Positions 49,908-59,605 of a stretch of 64,000 bases of DNA are shown piece after piece. Origin of the DNA: Felis catus (taxonomy: Eukaryota). How positions within the stretch are numbered: position 1 is the stretch's first letter; the number at the start of each line of letters is the position of its first letter. The position numbers were made by a program, and so were the translations under genes. Where the stretch lies: assembly GCF_018350175.1 (NCBI RefSeq), contig NC_058368.1:234238001-234302000 (forward strand), read 5' to 3'. A model generated the notes under the pieces. The model made no database searches. It was not told the DNA's origin and saw only the letters and a list, made by a program, of their open reading frames with translations.

Positions 49908-50036
49908 CCTCACTCTCTATCTTGCATCCAACATGGTCGCAAGTGACTGGTTTCCGTCAGCACTCTTCTTACAAAGAAGCCCGAATTCCATTACCTCTAG
50001 GTAGGTACTCGATACTTTTTGGAGGAGTTGTGGCAA

Positions 50037-50082
50037 GGACCCACTGGGTGCAGGGGGACCCACTGGGTGCAGGGGGACCCAC
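50037..50082. repeat. 19-bp tandem duplication (ggacccactgggtgcaggg), about 2.4 copies
   Basis: Direct read. Confidence 0.92.
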
Positions 50083-50499
50083 CTCACAAACCAGCCAGCT
50101 GCTCCCACACTCGTGACCCAAGGATCGTGCTTCAAGAAACTTCCCAACTGCTATGTGCTGTGGACGGCAGTGAAGAGTTAAGTCATTGGCAGTAAATTTA
50201 CACGTGAGAAGGACCCGTTGTCCACACCACAACACGATGAGAGGAGGGTCGCAGCACGAATGATGTAAGTAAGGAGGAGGAAGACCCTCCAAGGTTCTTG
50301 GGGGTGATGGCGTGAGAGCTGTGTCTCAAAGGAGGAATAAGACGTTTTGTCATCAAGATAAAATTCACCATCTTAAAGTGCACAGTTCAGTGGTTTTGAT
50401 ACTGGCCGTGTTGTTGTGCAAACACCCCAACCATCCAATTCCCAAACATTCTCCCCCTCTCCCCACCTGCAGCCACTGCTCTGCTTTATGTCTACGGAT

Positions 50500-50990
50500 T
50501 TGCATATAAGGGAAGCACAAACCAAAACCACAATAAGATACGGCTTCATACCCCCTAGGGTGGCTAGAATTGAAAATTCGAGTAATCACAAGTACCGGTG
50601 AGGATGGGGGAGAGCCAGCCCCTCCCACATCGCTGGTGGGAACGTCAAGCAGCTTGGCCGTTCCTCGGTGAGTTACACACCGAGTCATCATATGACGCAG
50701 CATTTCACTCCCAGGTGTATACACAGGAGAAGTGGAAGCCGACGTCCAGACAGAAACTTGCACGTGAATGTTCATGGCAGCGTTGTTCGAAATGGCTAAA
50801 AAAAGTGGGCGTGACCCAAATATCCATCAGCCAATGAAGAGATAAATGAAACGTACATCCACACAGTCCAGTGTCGCTCCACCAGGAAAAGGAATGAATT
50901 ACTTCTCCCTCCTGCTCAGTGAAATAGGGCAGACACAGAAGGTGACGTCACTGCATGCATGATTCCATGAATAGGAATAAGACGTTAGCA
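50500..50990 (+). mobile_element. Old L1M (L1MB/ME-like) 3' relic
   Basis: aagggaagcacaaaccaaaaccacaataagata...catatgacgcagcatttcactcccaggt...aaacttgcacgtgaatgttcatggcagc. Confidence 0.8.
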
Positions 50991-50997
50991 GGTGAAA

Positions 50998-51162
50998 GGG
51001 CGCCTGGGGGGCTCAGCGGGTTGAGTGTCTGACTTCGGCTCAGGTCACGATCTCGCAGTTCGTGGGTTCGAGCCCCATGTCCGGCTCTGTGCTGACAGTC
51101 TGGAGCGTCCTTCGGATTCTGTGTCTCCCTCTCTCTCTCTGCCCCTCTCCCGCTCATAGTCC

Positions 51163-51227
<65 letters not shown>

Positions 51228-51260
51228 AAAAATAAACATTAAAAAAATAATTTGAAAAAA
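50998..51260 (+). mobile_element. Can-SINE with an expanded (CT)n tract
   Basis: Decayed TSD aagacgttagcagg/aagacatcagcagg. Confidence 0.93.
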
Positions 51261-51319
51261 AGACATCAGCAGGAGAAGAGTGAGGGGACCCAGTGGGTAA
51301 GTAGGAACAGCAGAAAGAG

Positions 51320-51500
51320 CCACAGTGAACACTTACTCTGCACAGGAATTGCCTCGTCATCCTCACCACAACCCACAAGGCAGATATTATTTTATCTCCA
51401 TTTTACAGACGAGAAAGGTCCCAGGCTGAGACCTCACCTAGGAGACACGGTGGACCCCCAGCGGGCTGGCGGGCTCCAGAACTCAAGCCCTTCCCGAGCA
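51320..51500 (-). mobile_element. MIR fragment
   Basis: atcctcaccacaaccc...tattattttatctccattttacagacgagaaa. Confidence 0.65.
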
Positions 51501-51974
51501 GGAGCCCGAGTGAGGGCTCCACCTGCTGCCGAGGAGATGGGAAAGGAGCCCCTTCACCCTTGCCCTCAGTGTCTGCCCTCAAACGCCAGGCCAGTCACCA
51601 GGCTGCATCTGACATCCACCGCGAACTCCCTCTCAGAGAGTAGGAGCACTGGACCCCCGCAGGGGCAGGGGAATGGTCCCTGAGCTTGAGCCCTACCCTG
51701 AAGACGCAGGCCCATTGTCCTGCTCCCCACGAGGCCGATGACACATCACAGCCTTAGCATCACTGGTGCCCAGTGGGATGCGCTGCTGAAGACGTGACCC
51801 CCTTCCCCCTCGCTGCCCCCCAGCGCCCTGTGTCTTCCCCATGGTCAGCCCTCGCTGCCGTGCGGTCCCTTCTTTGCCGGCATGAGGAGGCAACGTCTAC
51901 AGAAGCTGGGACCATGACCACGTCTGCCAACAAGCCACTGCTTACCTCATCTGAAGGAGGGAGGGAGCATTATG

Positions 51975-52310
51975 GCTGTACGTTGGTGTCCCCCAAAGCT
52001 CCTGTGTCAAAGCCCTAACCTCCAGTGGGATGGCATTAGGGGTGGGGCTGTGGCAGGTGGTTAGGTTTGGAGGAGGGTGGAGGATTAGTGTCCTTTCTGT
52101 AGAAGAGGGAGACCGATCTCTCCCTTCGCAGGCATGCACCAAGGAAAAGCCCCATGAGGACAGTGAGAAGGCAGCCAGGCACCAGCCAGGAACCAAACCT
52201 GCTGGCACCCCGACCGTGGACCTCCAGCCTCCAGAACCGCGAGCAGAAAATGTCTGCCACGGAAGCCGCCCAGCCCGTGGCATCTGTCACAGTGGCCAAG
52301 CTGACGAGGA
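51975..52310 (+). mobile_element. MLT1A/B-type solo LTR
   Basis: gtgtcccccaaagctcctgtgtcaaagccctaacc...ggattagtgtcctt...ggacctccagcctccagaaccgcgag. Confidence 0.85.
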
Positions 52311-52334
52311 CTGGGGAGAGAAAGCAGTGGGTTG

Positions 52335-52720
52335 GGGTGTGGGGCTGAACCGCGTCCTCCAAAAATGCACATCCACCAGGAACCTCAGAGTAGGACGTTG
52401 ACTGCAAATAGGGTCTTTGCGGATGTCATTGGGTAAATTAAAATGAGGTCTTAACTGGATTAGGGTGGGCCCTAACCCCAAACCGGTGTCTTGAGAAGAG
52501 GAGGGAAATGGACACAGACACGGACGCAGAGGGAAGGCGGCCATGGGGAGACGAAGGCAGTGATCGCAGCGAGGTGGCCACAAGTCAGGGCCCGCCAGGG
52601 ACTGCCAGCCGCTGTGACGGGCTGGAAGAGTCCAGGCAGGGCGCTCCCCCGGAAACTTCTGAAAGACCATGGCCTCCCGGTTTGTGGCACTTTGTTAGGG
52701 CGGCCTGGGGACGCTAGGAC
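52335..52720 (+). mobile_element. MLT1C-type solo LTR
   Basis: aatagggtctttgcggatgtcatt...aaaatgaggtc...ggattagggtgggccctaa...gtttgtggcactttgtt. Confidence 0.85.
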
Positions 52721-53723
52721 AGCCTCTGGTGAGTTTCTATGCAGGACAGCCACGTGCGTCTGGGCTTTTCAGGCCCTGGGGCTTCAGCGCTTACGGAGCC
52801 CCGGCTGGGCCCACAGTACCCCTCCCGGCCCTGTGCACCTGCTGTGCTAAAGGGACAGAAGAGGCAAGCCAGGAGGCCTGGGGGCAGAGGCCGCTGAGCT
52901 GCAGGTGAGGGTCTCGGCGAAGGGGGGGGTCACGCACGTCTCCTACCTCCTCCCCCTCCCCACCAACCTGCTGATGTTACCATCGCTATGTCCTGGGGCG
53001 TGACGGGCATTTAAACACATCAGGAGGAGCCAAATGCTCAGAGCGGTGCCTGGGGCACAGTGAGCCCCGTGTGGACCGCTAGCGTGTTGTGTGTATGTAT
53101 GTATGTATGTGCTTCTGGCTGGACAGCCTCTTCGCAGGGGCCCGAGAGCCCGCACACGGCCGCCTCCTTTCAGCCACCAAGGAGCTCGTCCTCCAGAGCC
53201 GGGCCTGTGTAATCGCCTTCAATCAATACCAGCCAGGGGCCTACTCTCTTCCTTCACGTCAAGAAGGGAAAGGTCAAGTCAGGATGAAAAGGTTAAGTTG
53301 GAAAGATCATCAGCGTTCCTGTCATTTTCTAGGTCAGGTGGGTTCCACTTGAAATCCTGTCAAACAGAAATTTAGCTGAAATTGTTTCAGGGAGAAAATG
53401 CAATTAGAAGAAGATAGAACCAACGGGGCCCGATCACAAGCCGCCGGGTGATTATTTGACAGGCTCTGCGTTGAGTTTGACTGTGTGTTTTCCTGCCCCC
53501 CGCACACTCACCCACATAGGTGTGCACACACATGTACGTATAAGTGTGCACACACACGCATGCACGCCCGTAGAGGTGAGTGCACACGTCCATACACGTC
53601 ACTGACCATTAACACCCATTCCATCAAATTACATCATTCGAGCCTTTCCCAGATGCAGTCTCTGAAGCAGGATGTTGTCCTGGGGCGGGGAGGGTGTTGG
53701 TCTGGGAAACAAGCATGCAATTC

Positions 53724-53964
53724 TTTTTTTTGTTTGTTTTAATTTTTAAAAAAATTTTCTAACGTTTATTTATTTTTGAGAGATACAGAGACAGAGTGCG
53801 AGCAGGGGAAGGGCAGAGAGAGAGGGAGACACAGAACGTGAAGCAGGCTCCGGGCTCCAAACTGTCAGCACAGAGCGTGACGCGGGGCTCGAACCCACGA
53901 ACCGTGAGATCGTGACCTGAGCCGAAGTCGGACGCCCAACCGACTGAGCCCCCCAGGCACCCCC
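53724..53964 (-). mobile_element. Can-SINE
   Basis: TSD tgcaattctt/tgcagttctt. Confidence 0.94.
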
Positions 53965-55454
53965 TGTGCAGTTCTTCTAAGTCATCAATCTGCCTGCAAG
54001 AGTCAGGCTGGGGGCAGGTGGGCTTCATGCAGGTGACATTGGATGGGTCTTGGAGATTCAGTAGTGCTTCCAGGTGGACAAAGACAAGAGCTCCCAGCTG
54101 TCGCGGAGAGACCACGGGCCTGGGGGTGGGGTGGATGCCAGCATCCCCGCAGCCCTGCCCGGACCAGTGTAGGCACAGGCCAGTCACATCACCAGCTCTC
54201 ACGGCCACAGCAAACCGCCATGCTTGGCCCTCTCAGCAAGTTGGGGCTCCCTCCAGTCACCACCCTTGGGAACACCAGGGACTGTGCCCATCCCTCCCCG
54301 GGCTGGCTGAGGAAAAGCTCTGAGAGCCCCGGCAGCTGTCCCTGGAGGCCTTAATGTCATAGCTGCACCAGAGGCACAGGAACAGCCGGGGAACCAGGCA
54401 CGGCTCACCTCCAACGCTGCAAAGGGAGACGCCGCCCCCCAGATAGCTGGGGCCCTCCCAGGACAGGGCTTGTGAACCCCCCACCACAAACCCCACCAAA
54501 CCCCACACGAACATCAAGTATCCGGGGCCCACGGCAGCGGAGCAGAAAGTACCCATGAGCCTGTAGCCCCCAGCGTCAGGCTGCGCACTGACCAAAGTGA
54601 GGCGGGCCAAAGTCACGTGGGGCTCAGCCTCCGGCAGCTGTCCCCGGTGCAAGCAACCCCGGACCCTGACCCTGACCCTGCCATGCCGAGCCCCCTGCCC
54701 ACGCACGTGGGCACCAACCAAGAGTAACAGAAGGAAAAGCAAGATGGCACCCCCCCCCACAGCGGAGTCCCCCCTTGGAGGGGACGTGCGCCACGGTCTG
54801 TTTCTTGGGGAGCGCGTGTTAGGAATGCTGACCAGTAGCATGCGCCCTGTCACCACGCAAAAGCATTTCCAAGACCTCGGCTTGAACAGCTATTCTGGAC
54901 ACGTGGGTGATTCCCGCGTCCAGGCCGCGGGGGGCACCAGGACCGCCTCCTGAGACGGTGTGAGTGGCGGCCAGAGGCTCACTCCCCTCCGAGCCCCTCT
55001 GGTGTCTGTCCCCGTGCGCGTGCTGAGAGAGGTCGCAGATGTCGCCACGTGGGACATCTGAGTGTGTGAGGACGACCCCCCGGAGGCCTGGAAGTGAGGC
55101 AGGAGCTGGGCCGTGTCCCTTCCGTCACCTCAGAGCCGCCTGAAGCCCGGCCCTCCCAAAGGAGGACGCGTGCGGGGTTGACCTCCTTGTGATGGCAGGC
55201 CAGGCCAGTTAGGTGCTCGGAGCTGTGAGTGATTTTTGTCCCCAGGGCTCTGGCCTCACTGCCCTGCACAACAGGGTGCCACCTTCACCTAATTTAAGGA
55301 AGTGCACGTCAGCACTTTCTCTCACTCCTCGGGGAGGCCCCTGCGTCTCCCTGTGAACCAAGAGCGCGAGCAAAAGGACTTAAGGGCACAAGTGCCGGGC
55401 CCAGGGCCCTTCCTCCCGCCTCGGGAAGCCCGAGGGGTGACGTGTCAGCCCGCA

Positions 55455-55880
55455 GCTGCAGTAAAAGATGGTCACAGACGTGGTGGCTCAAAATGACACC
55501 GATCTTTCCCCACACGGTTTCGCAGGCCGGAAGTCCAAACTCAGTTCGCGGGTTAGCGCTGAGGCAGGGCCGGCTCCTTCTGAGGGGTCGGAGGTCACAC
55601 CTGCCCCTCGACCCTTCCAGCTGCACGTGGCTGCTGTCATTCCTTGGCCTGTGGCCACGTCACTCCGATCTCCGCTTCTATCACTGCGTTGGCTTCTCTT
55701 TCTCTGTCGTCAGACCTCCCCCTACCTCCCCCACCCCGTAGGATACTTGTGATTATAGTCAGGGCTCACCCACGTCATCCCAGGCAGTCTCCCCATTTTA
55801 AGCTCCTTAATTGACAACATCTGCAAAATCTCCCTTGCTGCACCCGGCAACGTCACAGGCTTGGGGGATGAGGACACGGG
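55455..55880 (-). mobile_element. MLT1-type solo LTR
   Basis: cattccttggcctgtggcc...gatacttgtgatt...atcccaggcagtctcccc...acatctgcaaaatc. Confidence 0.75.
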
Positions 55881-55889
55881 CAGCTGCTA

Positions 55890-56348
55890 CGGGCCTGAAC
55901 CTGCCCCCCCAAATCCCCCCAAAATCTCCCACTGAAGCTCTAACCAGTACCTTGGACCATGACCTTATTTGGAAGTAGAGCTGTTTGGATGTAACTAGCT
56001 GATAGGACGTCACCCTGGAGCAGGGGAGGCCCCTCATCTGACAGGTGTCCTTATAAAAAGGAGAAATGTGGACACAGACTCGCACACACAGGGAGAAGGC
56101 CATGTGCAGGTGCGGGCAGACAGGGTGATGTGTCCACAAGCCAAGGGGTGCCAGAGATGGCCAGGAAACCCTCAGAGACTAGGGGAGTAGCCTGGAATGC
56201 ATTCTCCCCCGGCGTCTTAGAAGGAAATAGCCCACTGACCCCTTGACCGTGGACTTCAGGCCTCCAGAACCGTGAGACAATGAAGGTCTGTCGTCCAGGC
56301 CGCCCGGTCTGTGATATTTTGTTACAGTGGCCCCAGGAAACTGACCTA
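55890..56348 (+). mobile_element. MLT1B/C-type solo LTR
   Basis: gaccttatttggaag...caggtgtccttataaaaggagaaatgtggacacag...ggacttcaggcctccagaaccgtgagacaat...tttgttacagtggcccc. Confidence 0.85.
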
Positions 56349-56404
56349 ACATCTTGGGGGCAGGACTCAGGCCAGCCGCCGAGCGGGTGGCCTATGTGGT
56401 GACC

Positions 56405-56538
56405 TGAGGTGGGGCCCAGGGGAAGTGCGGTCAGGTGAGCTGGGGGAAGTGAGATGGGGCCCAGGTGGGGTGGGGGGAGGTGAGACGGTGGGGGAGAGGT
56501 GAGGCGGGGGGAGGTGAGGCAGGGGGAGGTGAGGGGGG
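56405..56538 (+). repeat. G-rich degenerate tandem repeat (ggggggaggtgaggc-like units)
   Basis: Many G4-G6 runs and four copies of gaggtgag. Confidence 0.85.
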
Positions 56539-56904
56539 CACGAGGCCACCTTGCTCTCCAGTTTTTCCTCCACAAGATGAGGAGCAAGAGCCGTGCACCC
56601 CAACCTCTGAGTCCACAAACTGCACCCCACCCACCTGGTCACCTGCTGTCAGCACCGCAAATGAGAGACCCCCACCCAGGAAGTTCCTGTGCGCGTGCCC
56701 GTCACTACAAAGGAAGCCCGTGGACGGCTCTTGAGGACAGTGGGACCCCGCACGTCCCCTCCGTCGCTCCCCGTCCCTGGAGCCTGGCCCTGCCCCCCAG
56801 CAGCAGCGGGACCAGGAACGCGACGCAGGAACGTGTTCCGTGCTGAATCCCCTCTGTTGCCCTCATCCCCAAGCCCCGTCTGCGAATAGCAGCCCCCGGA
56901 GTAT

Positions 56905-57390
56905 TGTTGGGGTCCTCAAATCCCCCTCGGTCTCCGTGGTTTGCTAGAAAGACTCAGAGCACTCGGAAATGCTGAGATACTGGGGTTTACGACGGCAGCA
57001 GGATACGGGCCGTAACCAGCAAAGCCTCGAGGGGCGAGCCCAGGACAGACGGCGCACAAGCTTCCAAGGGCCCGTTCCGGGGAGCTGTGCGGACGGCCCT
57101 GAATTCTCACAGCAGGGACGCGTGGCCACACACGTGGAGCACTGCCAGCCGGGGAAGCTCACCCAGAGCCTTGGGTCCAGGGATTTTGTGCGTGGCCGAC
57201 CTCAATTCTCAGGCTTCAGCCCCTCTGCAGGTCAAACCGAGGCAGTGGGCCCCGCGGCCCCCGTGAATCACGTTGCCCGCCTGGCAGCTGTCAGGGCCCA
57301 GAGCCCTGGATAAACAGAGACGCTCTTGTCGGGCAGGACATCACAGGGGCTTAGAGGTGACCCCTGGGAATGGTTAAGGACCGCGCGTGT
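56905..57390 (-). mobile_element. MER21-like LTR relic
   Basis: tttgctagaaagactcagagcactc...cacaagcttcca...ggaagctcacccagagccttgggtccagggatttt. Confidence 0.6.
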
Positions 57391-58483
57391 CTCTTAACGC
57401 TTCCCCGCACGCTGCTCCAAGCCCAGTCCCTGCTGGTCACGCCGGGAGGCCCTGGCAGGCAGATTCCTTCTGCGCACCTCTGAATCCAGCCGCCCGGACA
57501 AGACCCCGTGCCTGGATCTCGCCGGATGTAACCGTCTGTGGACGTGAGTCAACGACTGCACTGCTAACCTGAGGGAATCTCACCAGATCCCTTCCTCCAG
57601 TTGGAAGAGAAGCCCTTCCCCGCCAAGGTCGCCACATCCGAGTCCACAGGCCCCATTTTTAGGGCCTTGAAGAGCAGTAGCACAAGGAGCAAAAAGGGAA
57701 TCGGCTTCATAACTCTTGTAATTTCTTCAGTATTTATAACAGATCAGTTACAGATTTTTATAATAAATATAAGGGCGGCATAATGAATCTGTGAAGCTGT
57801 GGCCATAAAACCCACCGCCCTCCAGGGCGGAGTTTGCCGGTTTGAGTGGTAGAGTGGATTTGGAGTCCTCAGAAATTCCTCACTCTTAGGAGTTTGCAGA
57901 TCTTTTTTCCTTTTTTCAGTTCTAGAAAAAAAGTGGCAGCCTGATTTCCCTGTACTTGTTTTTCACCACAGCACATGGTTTCCTTTCCAATATTAAGTTA
58001 TTTCACAGCCCACCTTGGGGGGGAGCACCCACCCACCCTCAGGGGACCCTCTGGCCAGGAGTGAGTGAGCCCTGTGGCCAGAGAGGGAGGGAGGGGTGTG
58101 GAGGTTTGCAGGGCTGAGGGAGCCTACCAGTGAGGCAAGGGCGCCCTCTCTCTTCCCTGCAGGGAGACAGCAGCCAGAGCTTCTGGGAGGCCGCGGCAGT
58201 GGGGAGGGGGCAGGAGGGGGGGGGGTAGACCGCGATGCCCACCTGACACCCCCTCGCCCCCCTAGCAGGCAGCAGCGGGCAGTGGGGGACACCTGTCGGC
58301 GGACACAGCCCACCCAGGAACCCGATACAGCCGAAACAAAGCGTCGGCCGTTACGTGGCTCCCTCCTGGCTTCAGCTTTCCCTCGTCCAGGGCAGACGGC
58401 GGCAGGCACGCTATCGGAACACCGAACTCCACCCTCCGGTCACAGCTAAAAGGAGGACTTGGTATTTTAAAAATCCTGGTTCA

Positions 58484-58686
58484 GGGGCCCCTGAGTGGCT
58501 CGGTCGGTTGGGCGTCCGACTTCGGCTCAGGTCACGATCTCAGGGTCTGTGAGTTCGAGCCCCTTGTGCTGACAGCTCGGAGCCTGGAGCCTGCTTCGGA
58601 TTCTGGGTCTCCCTCTCTCTCTGCCCCTCCCCTGCTCAGGCTCTATCTGTCTCTCTCAAAAATAAACATTAAAATAAATTAGAATA
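58484..58686 (+). mobile_element. Can-SINE
   Basis: TSD taaaaatcctggttca/taaaaattctggttca. Confidence 0.94.
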
Positions 58687-58886
58687 AAAATTCTGGTTCA
58701 TATCTGGATTCCAATTTTCCATAAAAGAAAAAAAAAAAAGCACCTTGAGTCCTCAATCTAGTTGCTGCTGCTTTTGGTAACGCGAAAAAATTTTTCACTC
58801 ACTAAAGCTTTGCTGTCTGTCTGTTCCAGACTTTCTTTGGTATGTAATAACGGAAGCAAGGGAAGCGTGACCACGTCCCCATAATA

Positions 58887-58955
58887 GTTTTCAATTAGCA
58901 ATAATCGCGCCTCGGATAAACCCCATTGGCTACGATACTGCCACTGCGCAAAGCT
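58887..58955 (-). pseudogene. U4 spliceosomal snRNA retropseudogene (nt 1 to ~69/70 only)
   Basis: Minus strand reads AGCTTTGCGCAGTGGCAGTATCGTAGCCAATGGGGTTTATCCGAGGCGCGATTATTGCTAATTGAAAAC, which is the 5' half of U4 with one difference from the sequence as I recall it; flanked by the TSD acgtccccataata (58873-58886 and 58956-58969). Confidence 0.96.
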
Positions 58956-59419
58956 ACGTCCCCATAATAAACCAGTGAGCATCTCAGGCAATTTCTGGGT
59001 GGCGCCTTCTGGGAGCAACATGCTCGCACGTGCGCGTACAACCCCCCCCCCCCGCCTCCAGAAGGCTCGTGATCTATTAGGAAGATGAAATTGAAAAGGA
59101 AATGCCACTTTCTTGCCATGATATAGCAGATGTCAAAAAGGAAGAGAAGATCAACTGGCCAGTGATGATTCCAGGACTGAACACCAGAAGAGACAAAAAC
59201 AATCCTTCTGGACCCCTTCAGGTGGTTCTGGGGGGAGAAGGGACCCACGTGACGTGGGCGAAGGGGCCCGTCCCAGAAAGGGTGGACAGAGATCATGGAG
59301 GACGAGGTGGCCCCCGAGGACAGCCGACGTTCGCTCGGCGCTCCAAGAGACATGGGACACACAGGTGGAGACCGAGGGTGTCAGGGCCTCCCAAACTCAG
59401 GCAGGACCCCCTTCCCGGC

Positions 59420-59605
59420 ACCAGACCTATCCCGGGGGTCTTCTGAAACTTTGCAACGAGCTGAAAATCCAGGACACGAAGAGCGAGGGAGGCCTGCCCC
59501 GAACACCCCAACTGCTTTGATCTGTACTCCAGACAGAGTTCAGCACCATTCATTATACCTTGATCTCTGTGGACCCCGCCCATCTGAGTTTCTCAAAAAG
59601 CGGCA
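59420..59605. mobile_element. MER5A-like relic
   Basis: cacagacc-like accagacctatcccggggg...gatctctgtggaccccgcccatctgagtttctcaaaaagc. Confidence 0.35.

Noticed and set aside
2858..58686. Recurring short ORFs such as MAQSVERPTSAQVMISQ... and their antisense RERE-rich versions, which look like a gene family
   Set aside because: They are translations of Can-SINE copies, not genes
58887..58955. Functional U4 snRNA gene
   Set aside because: Only the 5' half is present, there is no Sm site, and it is bounded by a TSD rather than snRNA promoter and 3' box elements
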